DNA of 64,000 nt from an uncultured Bifidobacterium sp. (lineage in GTDB: Bacteria; Verrucomicrobiota; Verrucomicrobiia; Limisphaerales; JADLHS01), in assembly GCA_964594985.1 (NCBI GenBank), contig CAZQNQ010000005.1, forward strand, positions 13,432 to 77,431. Direction: 5' to 3'. Below, one piece after another: positions 36,192 through 45,321 of this stretch. The position numbers and the translations under genes are program-made. Below the pieces are notes generated by a model. That model saw nothing but the letters and a program-made list of their open reading frames with translations, was not told where the DNA came from and searched no databases. Position 1 is the stretch's first letter, and every line of letters starts with the position of its first letter.

Positions 36192-36770
36192 ATGAATCGT
36201 CATCCAAATCTGCTGGCGGTCATCGCAGCTTTGCTGGCCACGCTTCTGTTCACAAACGGCTGCATGATGACGCAGGGACTTTGGACGGATCGAAAATACC
36301 ACCCCGCCGCGAATCCCGGCCTGTATCTGGCCGCTTCTCCCGACCGTCCGCTGATCCTTGTCGGTTATCGGGAACAATTTGATAAGACCAAGCACATCCG
36401 CAGACGCTCGTTCTGGATTGATCTCACCGAGCTGTATGAGCCGTTTGCCAAAAAGACGTTTGTAAATCCGGCTGATTATCCGGGGTTGATCCCCATACCA
36501 CTAATCGGGGTCACGCAGGGAACAAACACGATTCCACCGGTCGGCTATGTGGCGGCGGAAACCGTCAGCAAACCTGGGTTTGACCTGTGGAAAGACGGCC
36601 AATTACTCGGCCGTTTCCAGCTTCCCTCCTACGAAGGCGACGCCCCCGTCACGACGGAAACCGTGGTCAAAACCCCCGCGATGCTGCTGTTGGATGGGGC
36701 CATCATTGTCCTGGGGGCTGCGGCGATCGTGGCGATTTGTTATCTGGTATTAACGGAAAACTCTGAATAG
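36192..36770 (+). CDS. lipoprotein, hypothetical, with C-terminal TM helix
   Basis: MNRHPNLLAVIAALLATLLFTNGC is a lipobox. The C-terminus LLLDGAIIVLGAAAIVAICYLVL is hydrophobic. Confidence 0.55.
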   Translation: MNRHPNLLAVIAALLATLLFTNGCMMTQGLWTDRKYHPAANPGLYLAASPDRPLILVGYREQFDKTKHIRRRSFWIDLTELYEPFAKKTFVNPADYPGLIPIPLIGVTQGTNTIPPVGYVAAETVSKPGFDLWKDGQLLGRFQLPSYEGDAPVTTETVVKTPAMLLLDGAIIVLGAAAIVAICYLVLTENSE

Positions 36771-36779
36771 ACGCCGGTG

Positions 36780-36942
36780 CTTAGAGCCGGTTTGAAAACC
36801 TGGAACTGGCGGCAGGGATGCCGCCCGAACCCGCCGGCAGGATGCCTGCGTTACGGCGTAGCGCGGGCATCCTGCCCGCGGGTGCCCGGAGCATCCTTGC
36901 TCCGGGTTTCCGGCGCGGAGTTTTCAAACCGGCTCTTAGAAA
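36780..36942. repeat. MITE-like element, G family (gcagggatgccgcc core) with ~20-bp terminal inverted repeats
   Basis: The terminal repeats are cttagagccggtttgaaaac and gttttcaaaccggctcttag. The core shares ggaactggcggcagggatgccgcc...gcgcgggcatcct with 63729-63846. Confidence 0.8.
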
Positions 36943-37029
36943 GTTCCGGCGGCCAAAAAACCGCCGCCGGATTGCTCCAGCGACGGTGGTGACTTCCCCA
37001 TCGGATTATATCGGTAGAATGTTCGCCAA

Positions 37030-37220
37030 CCCCTCACCCGGCCTGCGGCCCCCCTCCCCATGAACCCTTGGGAACATCCAACACCCAACACCCAACCTCG
37101 AACCTCCAAGGAGCGCCGCTTGGTCAGGCATTGGGTGTTGAGTGTTGGATGTTGGGTGTTTTCCGTCGGTTCAGGGGGCAAAGCGTGAAATCCCATTGGG
37201 GAGAGGGCCGGGGTGAGGGG
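37030..37220. repeat. E-family element with an H-family palindrome nested in its loop
   Basis: The left half is cccctcacccggcctgcgg. The H element occupies 37073-37160. The right half is ggggagagggccggggtgagggg (37198-37220). Confidence 0.75.
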
Positions 37221-37257
37221 CTTCGGCCGTTCAACCAGTGTTCACAAGTAGATGGTA

Positions 37258-37875
37258 TTACTTCTGCGGCGCAGCGCCTGCGATGCTCAAGGTGAGTTCA
37301 ATATCGTTGGCAACTTTGTCCTCGGCCTGGCCAGGCTTGATGTTGTAGTCCGCGCGCTTGACCGAGAACGTCGAACGGATCACGAGCAGATCGCCCTTGG
37401 CCTGACCACCGGTGCGGTCGCTGAGTTTGCCCTTGAGATAGGTGAGCTTGACCGGCACGGACAATTCCTTCTCCACGCCCTTGAGCGAGAACGTGCCCAC
37501 GGCGGTCGCGGTCGTCACCGTGCCTTCGGTCTTCGCGTTCTTGAGTTCCTTCACCTCGAAGGAAATCTCCGGATACTTCGCCACATCGAGCCAGCCATCG
37601 CTGTGCATGTGTTCCTGCATCATGCTGTTGCCAACCGTCAACGATTTGCTCGCGACGACGATCTTGCCCTTGGTGGCGGCGGGTTTGTCGGCATCGAATT
37701 CCACCGTGCCGCTGACGCCGTTGGCGCTGCCGTTGATGGCTTCGAGCGGCGCATCGAGTTTGAACACGGCGTTATTGACGCCCTTCGGGTCTTTGAAGTC
37801 GAAGGATTGGGGTGCGGCGGAGGCGACGAGCACGACACCACCAGCGACGAGAAGGGTAACCAGGCTTTTTTTCAT
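37258..37875 (-). CDS. YceI-family periplasmic protein
   Basis: ATG 37875 gives the signal peptide MKKSLVTLLVAGGVVLVASA. SMMQEHMHSDGWLDVAKYPEISF and the F.LKGV pattern are YceI-like. Confidence 0.8.
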   Translation of the reverse strand: MKKSLVTLLVAGGVVLVASAAPQSFDFKDPKGVNNAVFKLDAPLEAINGSANGVSGTVEFDADKPAATKGKIVVASKSLTVGNSMMQEHMHSDGWLDVAKYPEISFEVKELKNAKTEGTVTTATAVGTFSLKGVEKELSVPVKLTYLKGKLSDRTGGQAKGDLLVIRSTFSVKRADYNIKPGQAEDKVANDIELTLSIAGAAPQK

Positions 37876-37879
37876 ACGA

Positions 37880-38152
37880 TTAACTGTGTTGAGTTTGTTG
37901 TTGTTTGTTTGGTTTACGAATAAAGAACGAACCGCCGAGCAATGCGCCGGCGACCGCCAGGCCGCCGCCGAGAAAATCCACGCCCGGCAAAAACTGGTCC
38001 TGCCACTCGACCTGTTCGATCTCGGTGACCGGATCAACCGTCTTCACCTGAACGCGATTCTTGGTGAACTTCGTGTTCGCCCCTTTCGCCAGCCACAGAC
38101 CGAGCGTGGCGACGGCGAGGACGACCGCCAGTATTTGCAAGGCGCGTTTCAT
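37880..38152 (-). CDS. small membrane protein, hypothetical
   Basis: ATG 38152 gives MKRALQILAVVLAVATLGLWL, and a C-terminal TM helix is present. It is tightly packed between the flavodoxin-like and YceI genes. Confidence 0.4.
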   Translation of the reverse strand: MKRALQILAVVLAVATLGLWLAKGANTKFTKNRVQVKTVDPVTEIEQVEWQDQFLPGVDFLGGGLAVAGALLGGSFFIRKPNKQQQTQHS

Positions 38153-38153
38153 A

Positions 38154-38732
38154 TCAAGCCTCGCCTTTCCAACGCTTCGCGGCTTGCGCGACGCGGCGGC
38201 CCAAAACTTCACCGGTCAATTTGTCCGCCTCGCTCGGTGCAACATCGGGCGATTCCTGTCCCGCCTGCGCCGTCACGCCCGCGTAACTGCCGAGGCGATT
38301 CACGCCGTTGGGTTGCATCGGCAATTCGCCCAAGCCCACCCAGATCATGCCGTGCTGCATCGCGAGCGTCTGAAAATATTGCAACGTGCTGAACTTATCA
38401 CCCGCCGGGCTGCTGGACACGGAAAAGCCCGCCGCCATCTTGTCTTTCCACTTCTGCCCATACCACGTCCCCGCCGTGGCGTCCGCGAACGCCTTGAACT
38501 GTCCGCTCGGCCCGCCCATGTAGGTCGGGCTGCCGAAGATGATCGCGTCGCTCGCGTCGAGCTGGGCGAAGACGGCGTCATTCTTGAAGCGGCCCTCAAC
38601 AAGGTCTTTGCCGCTGATGGTGATGGCGTTCACTTGGACGCCCGCCACGGACGCCGCGCCTTTGGCGACAGCTTCAGCGAGTTTCGCGGTATGTCCCCCG
38701 CCGGAATGATAGAGGATGGAAATAGCGCTCAT
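38154..38732 (-). CDS. flavodoxin-fold NAD(P)H:quinone oxidoreductase (WrbA-like)
   Basis: ILYHSGGGHTAKLAEAV and IIFGSPTYMGGPSGQFKAF. Confidence 0.75.
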   Translation of the reverse strand: MSAISILYHSGGGHTAKLAEAVAKGAASVAGVQVNAITISGKDLVEGRFKNDAVFAQLDASDAIIFGSPTYMGGPSGQFKAFADATAGTWYGQKWKDKMAAGFSVSSSPAGDKFSTLQYFQTLAMQHGMIWVGLGELPMQPNGVNRLGSYAGVTAQAGQESPDVAPSEADKLTGEVLGRRVAQAAKRWKGEA

Positions 38733-38812
38733 AGTTCAGGGTTCGTTTAATTTGGTGAAAGATTGTTTTAATCCGGGTGCGTCTGATTGCCAGACGCACC
38801 CATAGCGCAGAT

Positions 38813-39508
38813 TCAGTTCAAGTCAAACAGCAGCACTTGAGATTTCCCGGTGGCCTTGAGTTGCAACTTTGCCTCCTCACTGACCGCCGCCGCGTCGCCC
38901 GCGTTCAATTTCGTACCATTCAACTCCACCGCCCCCTCGGCCACATGCACCCACGCATGACGTTTCGGCTGAAGCGAATGTTCAACCGTGTCGCCCGCGT
39001 TCAACCGGGCGAGGAACAATTCCGCGTCCTGATTGATGGCGATGGAATCCTCGCGCCCCGTCTTGCTCGCGACGAGATGCAACTGCCCCGCCGGCTTGTT
39101 GGCGAAATGCTTCTCATCATAGCGCGGCTTCACGCCACCCTTGTCGGGCTTGATCCAGATCTGGAGCAAATGCGTGCTGTCCTGCTCGGACGGATTGAAT
39201 TCGCTGTGCAACACGCCCGTGCCGGCGGCCATGTATTGGAAATCGCCGGGGCGGATCACGCTGCCGTTGCCCATGGAATCCTTGTGCTCCAACGCGCCTG
39301 CCAGCACGTAGCTGATGATTTCCATGTCGCGATGCGGGTGCATCCCGAACCCGCCGCCGGGCGCGATGCGGTCGTCATTGATGACACGCAACGAACGGAA
39401 ACCCATGTGCGCCGGGTCATGATACTCGGCAAAGGAAAAGCTGAACTGGCTGTCGAGCCAGCCATGATTGGCGTGGCCGCGTTCTTCGGATTTTCGGATG
39501 GTCATCAT
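38813..39508 (-). CDS. pirin-family protein
   Basis: RGHANHGWLDSQFSFSFAEY, GFGMHPHRDMEIISYVL and the H.E cupin residues. Confidence 0.88.
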   Translation of the reverse strand: MMTIRKSEERGHANHGWLDSQFSFSFAEYHDPAHMGFRSLRVINDDRIAPGGGFGMHPHRDMEIISYVLAGALEHKDSMGNGSVIRPGDFQYMAAGTGVLHSEFNPSEQDSTHLLQIWIKPDKGGVKPRYDEKHFANKPAGQLHLVASKTGREDSIAINQDAELFLARLNAGDTVEHSLQPKRHAWVHVAEGAVELNGTKLNAGDAAAVSEEAKLQLKATGKSQVLLFDLN

Positions 39509-39673
39509 AATGTTTTTCTTTCTCTTTTAATCGCTTCGTCCTCGTCGTCGTCCTCGTTCTCGTTCTCGTCCTCGGAAACGACGTTCGTTTCTTGAGAGCA
39601 TGATTAACCCGCGCCGTGAATTCCGCCCAATACTTTGATGCTCGCGAAACGATGCCTAAAAGGCATGGAGCGT

Positions 39674-39784
39674 GGGGCAGGCTTTCCAGCCTGCCGGTGC
39701 GGGCGACTTTCCAGTCGCCCGTTTCGTCTGGGAACACGGGACAGGAATGTCCCGTGAACCGGCAGACAAGAATGTCTGCCCTAC
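39674..39784. repeat. multi-hairpin palindromic element, R family
   Basis: Four consecutive hairpins with tetraloops: ggcaggct-ttcc-agcctgcc, gggcgact-ttcc-agtcgccc, gggaca-ggaa-tgtccc and ggcagaca-agaa-tgtctgcc. Confidence 0.85.
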
Positions 39785-39841
39785 CATCCAGCGCCGCTTT
39801 CTCGTTTCGACAAAACATTCGCGCCCTGCTTCAATCCGCGC

Positions 39842-40747
39842 GTGGAACTGCGACACCTCCGATACTTCGCCACCGTGGGCGAATTGTTGAACTTCACCAA
39901 AGCGGCGCAGAAGCTTCGCGTCGCGCAACCAGCCTTGAGCCGGCAGATCCACGACCTCGAGGACGAACTCGGCGTGAAGCTGTTTGATCGCACCCAACGC
40001 GCGGTAAAGTTGACCGAAGCCGGCACCGCCTTTCTCACCGAAGCCAAAGCCGTGTTGGATCGCGCCGATGAAGCCGTGAAGGTCGCGCGTGGCGTGGCGC
40101 GCGGCGAGCGCGGCGAAATTCATGTCGGCTACGCGCCCTCGCTCACGGTGGAATTGCTGCCGTCGGCGTTGCACTCGTTTCACAACGTCGCGCCGGGCGT
40201 GCATGTGAAGCTGCACGACCTTTCCAGCGAGGAAATGATGCGCGGCGTGCGCGAGGGCAAACTTCATCTCAGCCTCGTGGCCCAACCCGAGGCCGATGCC
40301 TTGAACGGCCTGAAATATGAACCGCTTCAGAGTTATCCGATTTGCGTCGGTGTGCCGCCGAACCATCGGCTCGCGCGGGCGAAGGAAGTGAAGTTGGAAC
40401 AAATCGCGAACGAACCGCTCGTGGCCTATTCCCGCGCTGAATATCCCGAGTATCATGCGATGCTCAAAGAGTTGTTTGCCCAGTGCGACAGCAAGCCGCG
40501 CGTCATCGAGGAACACGACAGCGCGCCGAGTTTGATCGCGGCGGCAGGCATTGGCCGCGGCCTCATCATCGGGCCCGCGTGCTTGGGAATGCTGGCCGGT
40601 GCGCGCTTGAAGTTTCGTCCGCTCACGCCTGCGCCACCGCCGGTGCAACTCGGGGCGGTGTTTGATGCCGCCAGAATGTCCGGCGCGGCAGCGAAATTTC
40701 TGGCGGCAGTCAAAGCGGCTTCGCCGCGCGAGGCCAGAATCCGTTAG
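39842..40747 (+). CDS. LysR-family transcriptional regulator
   Basis: A GTG start gives MELRHLRYFATVGELLNFTKAAQKLRVAQPALSRQIHDLEDELG. Confidence 0.88.
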   Translation: MELRHLRYFATVGELLNFTKAAQKLRVAQPALSRQIHDLEDELGVKLFDRTQRAVKLTEAGTAFLTEAKAVLDRADEAVKVARGVARGERGEIHVGYAPSLTVELLPSALHSFHNVAPGVHVKLHDLSSEEMMRGVREGKLHLSLVAQPEADALNGLKYEPLQSYPICVGVPPNHRLARAKEVKLEQIANEPLVAYSRAEYPEYHAMLKELFAQCDSKPRVIEEHDSAPSLIAAAGIGRGLIIGPACLGMLAGARLKFRPLTPAPPPVQLGAVFDAARMSGAAAKFLAAVKAASPREARIR

Positions 40748-41859
40748 TCTGTTGTCGCCTCCGCAAGCTGGTGTTCTTTGTTTCGCCACCAGAGCCAGAA
40801 GACAAAACCGAGCGCCGCGCCGCCAAGATGCGCCGTAGCGGCGACGTTACTGAAGCCATGAAGTTGCTGGAACACACCAAGCGTTTGCAACAAAAGCCAT
40901 AGCACCAGCGCCCCCCAAGCGGGAAAATTCAGCCAGCGAAAATAGACGAAGTAGCGGAACAGAAAACCCAGCCGGGCCTTGGGAAACTGCAGCGCGTAGA
41001 AAACAATGATGCCCGAGATGCCGCCGCTGGCGCCCACACAGGGAACGGTTGATCCAGGACCAGCCATGAAATGCACTACATCGCCCACGAGTGTTGCCGC
41101 CAAAATCAACAACCCATATCGCAATCGTCCCAAGAAGTCCTCCACGTTGTCTCCGAAGATCAGCAGGAAATAAAGATTACCGATCAAGTGCCACCAGCCG
41201 GCGTGAAGAAAGAATGAAGTCAGAAAAGTGGCTCCGCCATAACGCCACGCTTCGGCGGGAATGAAACCAAACGAAGTCACGGCAGTCTCCAGGTCGCGGA
41301 AGGCCAGGACACTGATCAACACGATGAAAAGCCCAAGCGACCACGTGAAGAAAGGTTGCCGACGCAGTGATTGGATCTCGGATTCCACCGGAAAACCAAA
41401 CATGGCCGGAATCCATTTCCAGTTCTCGTCGGGCTCATTGGTGGTTTGGTCCACCTCTTTCAGTTGCTCCAGCCGGTGTTTGGCGATGGTTTCGATGCCG
41501 CGCATCTGGATTTCATGTGTGGAAGCGACCGCACCCTCAGGCACGGTTTCAAATTCCTGCGGATCAAACCAGACCGCGCCACACGTTTTGCAGGCATCCA
41601 ACTCCAAAGCCGGAGCGTCTGAACGAAACGACCGCATCGGACGTGAACAGAACGGGCACGGGCAGTCTCCCGGCTGCGAGTTACGATTGATCTGGCGAAG
41701 CAAACTCGTGGCAAACTGATCCCCGGCAACGCGGCGGATTTGCGGCACGGTCACGACGCGGCCATCGCAGCCCGGGCACAAATAGAACAAGCCTTCGCGT
41801 TGGCGAATCGTGTTCAACGAAGAATGGCAGCGCGGGCAATTCGGCATGGCGCAGACCAT
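40744..41859 (-). CDS. rhomboid-family serine protease with two N-terminal zinc-ribbon modules
   Basis: CPRC...CPGC and CPFC...CKTCGAVWFD, then the rhomboid motifs HLIGNLYFLLIFG, GASGGISG and AHLGG. Confidence 0.8.
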   Translation of the reverse strand: MVCAMPNCPRCHSSLNTIRQREGLFYLCPGCDGRVVTVPQIRRVAGDQFATSLLRQINRNSQPGDCPCPFCSRPMRSFRSDAPALELDACKTCGAVWFDPQEFETVPEGAVASTHEIQMRGIETIAKHRLEQLKEVDQTTNEPDENWKWIPAMFGFPVESEIQSLRRQPFFTWSLGLFIVLISVLAFRDLETAVTSFGFIPAEAWRYGGATFLTSFFLHAGWWHLIGNLYFLLIFGDNVEDFLGRLRYGLLILAATLVGDVVHFMAGPGSTVPCVGASGGISGIIVFYALQFPKARLGFLFRYFVYFRWLNFPAWGALVLWLLLQTLGVFQQLHGFSNVAATAHLGGAALGFVFWLWWRNKEHQLAEATTD

Positions 41860-41964
41860 AGAGACTCAGGCAATGCGGCTCAATTGCACTTTCTTGAAAA
41901 TCTTGTAACGCAACGAACGCCTGAAGTTTGACGCTCCTTCCGCCTCGCTCTACCCTGTGCATCC

Positions 41965-44100
41965 ATGTTTGAACTCGTTTCCGATTACCCGCCCGCCGGC
42001 GATCAGCCGCAAGCGATTGCGAAGCTGACCGAGGGCATCTTGTCGGGTGCGAAACATCAGGTGCTGCTCGGCGTCACGGGTTCGGGCAAGACGTTCACGA
42101 TCGCCAATGTGATCAAGAACGTGAACAAACCCACGCTGGTCATCTCGCACAACAAGACGCTCGCGGCGCAGCTTTACGCGGAGTTCAAAAGCTTTTTCCC
42201 GCGCAACGCGGTCGAATACTTCGTCAGCTACTTCGATTACTACCAGCCCGAGGCGTACATCCCGCGCACCGACACGTTCATCGAGAAGGATTCCAGCGTG
42301 AACGCCGAGATCGAGCGGATGCGGCTTTCGACGATGAGTTCGCTCTTCGCGCGGCGCGACGTCATCGTGGTGGCGAGCGTGTCGTGCATCTACGGCACGG
42401 GCAGCAAGGAAGACTACGAGAAGATGGTCATCCCGCTGCACGTCGGGCAATCGGTCACGCGCGAGCAATTGCTGTCGCGGCTCGTGGACCTGCAATACAC
42501 GCGGAACGACATTACGTTCGAGCGCGGGCAATTCCGCGTGCGCGGCGACACCATCGAATTATGTCCGGCGGGGCGTGAGGATGCGTTGCGCATCGAGTTC
42601 TTCGGCGATGAGATCGAACGCATCACGGTGTTCGAGCCGCTGACCGGACAGAAGACCGAGTCGCCCGCGAACACGATGATCTTCCCGGCGACGCAGTTCG
42701 TGACAACCAGTGACAAAATGAAACGCGCCATTCTCGCCATCCGCGAGGAACTCGGCATGCGCATCGCGGAGTTCGAGCGCGACGGCAAACTGCTCGAAGC
42801 GCAGCGCATCAAGATGCGCACGGAATACGATCTGGAGATGATGGAGGAGATGGGTTTCTGCTCCGGCGTCGAAAACTATTCGCGCCACATCGCCAATCGC
42901 CCGCCCGGCTCGCGGCCCGCGACGGTGATTGATTTCTTTCCCGATGATTATCTGCTGGTGCTGGACGAATCGCACGTGAGCGTCCCGCAGATCGGCGGCA
43001 TGTATGAGGGCGATCGCTCGCGCAAAACGGTTTTGGTGGATCACGGCTTCCGGCTGCCGAGCGCGCTGGACAATCGCCCGCTGAACTTTTTGGAGTTTCA
43101 GGCCATGCAGCCGCAGACGATTTACGTGAGCGCCACGCCTGCGCCGCGGGAGATTGCGTGGGCGCGACAAAGCGCGAAACCCCTCACCCGACCTTCGGCC
43201 ACCCTCTCCCCATCCGATGGGGAGAGGGACGGGGTGAGGGGAATGCCCGGCGTGGTGGAACTCGTCGTGCGTCCGACGGGCCTGATTGATCCCAAGGTCA
43301 CGATCAAGCCGCTCAAGGGACAGATTGACGATCTGATGGAAGAAGTCCGCAAACGCACCGAGCTGAAGGAGCGCGTGCTCGTGACCACGCTCACCAAACG
43401 CACGGCGGAGGAATTGACGGATTACCTGCGTGACATCGGCATCAACGTGCGTTACCTGCACAGCGAGATTGATGCGATCGAGCGCGTGGAGATTCTCCGC
43501 GCGCTGCGCAAAGGTGAATTCGACGTGCTCGTCGGCATCAACCTGCTGCGCGAAGGCTTGGATTTGCCGGAGGTTTCACTCGTCGCGATTCTCGATGCGG
43601 ACAAGGAGGGTTTTCTGCGCAGCGAGACGAGCTTGATCCAGACGGCAGGTCGCGCCGCGCGGCATCTCAACGGCGAGGTCATCCTTTACGCCGACGTGAT
43701 GACGGACAGCATCAAGAAGTTTCTCGCGGTCACCGAGTATCGGCGCAAACGGCAGCTCGCTTACAACGCCGAACACAACATCACCCCGCGCAGCGTGAAA
43801 CGCGCGGTGGAGGAAAGCCTTTCCAGCGCGGCGCACCAGGGTGAAAGCAAGGCGGTGGCGTTGTTGCGCGAGGCTGGGGCAGACTTTGATGTCACCGAGA
43901 CGATCCGCGAGCTTGAGGAAGAAATGATTGTGGCGGCGAACAATCTGGAGTTCGAGAAGGCCGCGCTGCTGCGCGATCAGATCAAGGAATTGAAGCGCAC
44001 AGTGGATGGCGTGGCGGCGGCTTCGCCCGGAACGGCCAGCCGGATCAGTTATTCCAAGCCGGGGAAGGGGAAGAAGTTTGCGCGGGGGAAAAAGGCATGA
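41965..44100 (+). CDS. uvrB: excinuclease ABC subunit B
   Basis: [17 protein letters not shown], the DESH box, [37 protein letters not shown] and a C-terminal UVR domain. It carries an in-frame repeat insertion at 43180-43241. Confidence 0.95.
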   Translation: MFELVSDYPPAGDQPQAIAKLTEGILSGAKHQVLLGVTGSGKTFTIANVIKNVNKPTLVISHNKTLAAQLYAEFKSFFPRNAVEYFVSYFDYYQPEAYIPRTDTFIEKDSSVNAEIERMRLSTMSSLFARRDVIVVASVSCIYGTGSKEDYEKMVIPLHVGQSVTREQLLSRLVDLQYTRNDITFERGQFRVRGDTIELCPAGREDALRIEFFGDEIERITVFEPLTGQKTESPANTMIFPATQFVTTSDKMKRAILAIREELGMRIAEFERDGKLLEAQRIKMRTEYDLEMMEEMGFCSGVENYSRHIANRPPGSRPATVIDFFPDDYLLVLDESHVSVPQIGGMYEGDRSRKTVLVDHGFRLPSALDNRPLNFLEFQAMQPQTIYVSATPAPREIAWARQSAKPLTRPSATLSPSDGERDGVRGMPGVVELVVRPTGLIDPKVTIKPLKGQIDDLMEEVRKRTELKERVLVTTLTKRTAEELTDYLRDIGINVRYLHSEIDAIERVEILRALRKGEFDVLVGINLLREGLDLPEVSLVAILDADKEGFLRSETSLIQTAGRAARHLNGEVILYADVMTDSIKKFLAVTEYRRKRQLAYNAEHNITPRSVKRAVEESLSSAAHQGESKAVALLREAGADFDVTETIRELEEEMIVAANNLEFEKAALLRDQIKELKRTVDGVAAASPGTASRISYSKPGKGKKFARGKKA
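43180..43241. repeat. E-family palindromic element inside the uvrB coding sequence
   Basis: cccctcacccgaccttcggccaccctctccccatccgatggggagagggacggggtgagggg is nearly identical to the intergenic copy at 12349-12411. Confidence 0.85.
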
Positions 44101-44134
44101 GCACCGATTGGAGCACGCCGGGCGGTAATGCCAG

Positions 44135-44244
44135 TAGGGCAGGCTTTCCAGCCTGCCGGTGCGGGCGACTTTCCAGTCGCCCGGTTCGGCGGAACACCGG
44201 ACTGGAAAGTCCGGTGCACTGGCAGGCTGGAAAGCCTGCCCGAC
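44135..44244. repeat. multi-hairpin palindromic element, R family
   Basis: gtagggcaggctttccagcctgcc ... ggcaggctggaaagcctgcc, between the uvrB stop and the rhomboid start. Confidence 0.85.
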
Positions 44245-44289
44245 GATGGTTCCGCCACGCCTCCTTCGGAATTCGGATTTGATCAAACC

Positions 44290-45186
44290 ATGAGAGCCAT
44301 CGGCCAGCTTGCCAGCGAAACGCAGGCGCAAATCTTCGGCGACCATCTCGTCGCCCACAAAATCCGCAACGAGATCGAGCCCGACGGTGGGGTCTGGGTC
44401 ATTTGGATCAAAGACGAAGAACAGGTCGCCGATGCCAAGACGCGGCTGGAAAATTTCCTCACCAATCCCACCGCGTCGGAGTTTCAGTCAGCCCGCGCCA
44501 AGGCCGCGCAAGTCAAAGCCGCCGAGGCGGAGGATCTGACCAACTACCAGCAACGCTTGCGTAACCGGCGCAGCATGTTTCCGAAGTTCGGCGGCTATGG
44601 GGTCGGTGTGCTGACGTACGGTTTGATCGCGTTGTGCGTGGTGGTGGCGCTCCTGTCCAAGCTCGGTTATGACACTGAGTTTGTGCGCAAGCTGGTGTTG
44701 GCGGACTTCGAGCGAGCGGACGGAACGTTTCTGCCGGAAATCCGGGCGGGCGAATACTGGCGCCTGCTCACCCCGATCTTCATCCATTTCGGGCCGATGC
44801 ATCTTGTGTTTAACATGATGTGGCTGTTTCAACTCGGCTGCATGATCGAAGCGCGGCGGGGCGTAAGCACGCTGGCCGCTCTGGTCATCGTGACTGGCAC
44901 GCTGCCAATGGTGGCGCAATACTTGGTTTCCGGCCCGGGTTTGGTGGGTGGGATGTCTGGCGTGGTTTATGGACTGGCGGGCTTTGTCTGGTTACGCGGG
45001 AAGAAAGATCCCGCTTCAGGCGTCGGCTTGGACTCACAAAGCTGGATCATCATGATGATCTGGCTGGTGCTGTGCATGACCGGATTTATGGGACGCATTG
45101 CCAACACCGCGCATCTGGTAGGTCTGCTCATCGGATTGCTTTGGGGCTGGATCAGCGCGTATTACGCCCGTCGCCGGACGGAGTGA
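44290..45186 (+). CDS. rhomboid-family protease, GlpG-like with cytoplasmic N-terminal domain
   Basis: ATG 44290 gives MRAIGQLAS. Motifs are YWRLLTPIFIHFGPMHLVFNMMWL, GGMSGVVYGL and NTAHLVGL. The listed upstream extension translates the R repeat. Confidence 0.75.
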   Translation: MRAIGQLASETQAQIFGDHLVAHKIRNEIEPDGGVWVIWIKDEEQVADAKTRLENFLTNPTASEFQSARAKAAQVKAAEAEDLTNYQQRLRNRRSMFPKFGGYGVGVLTYGLIALCVVVALLSKLGYDTEFVRKLVLADFERADGTFLPEIRAGEYWRLLTPIFIHFGPMHLVFNMMWLFQLGCMIEARRGVSTLAALVIVTGTLPMVAQYLVSGPGLVGGMSGVVYGLAGFVWLRGKKDPASGVGLDSQSWIIMMIWLVLCMTGFMGRIANTAHLVGLLIGLLWGWISAYYARRRTE

Positions 45187-45216
45187 AATTGAACGCGGAC
45201 GGAATGGAGCGGTCAG

Positions 45217-45321
45217 AATTGGCGTGTTATCTCTGGGGAAATCTGCCAAACAAACGGCGTGGTTAATTTAATCCATATGGGCAGGTAGGCGGTCGCCTTT
45301 CAACGTATGTCACGCATCAAG
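45217..45321 (+). repeat. ~105-bp direct repeat, copy A (leader plus first 5 codons of the acyltransferase)
   Basis: aattggcgtgtt.tct...ggaaatctgccaaa.aaacgg.gtggttaa.ttaat......ggc.g.taggc...cg.atgtc.cgc is shared with 46339-46448, at roughly 80% identity by eye. Confidence 0.8.

Noticed and set aside
44128-44289. A longer N-terminal extension of the GlpG-like rhomboid, from the listed start at 44128.
   Set aside because: The extension (QAFQPAGAGDFPVARF...GRLESLP) is the translation of the R-family hairpin element. ATG 44290 gives a sensible N-terminus.
45217-45260. A sigma-54-like TGG...TGC pattern (ctggggaaatctgcc / ctggaaatctgcc) in the duplicated leader.
   Set aside because: The GG to GC spacing is only 6-8 nt, not the ~10 nt of the -24/-12 consensus, and the flanking bases do not match TGGCAC-N5-TTGC.
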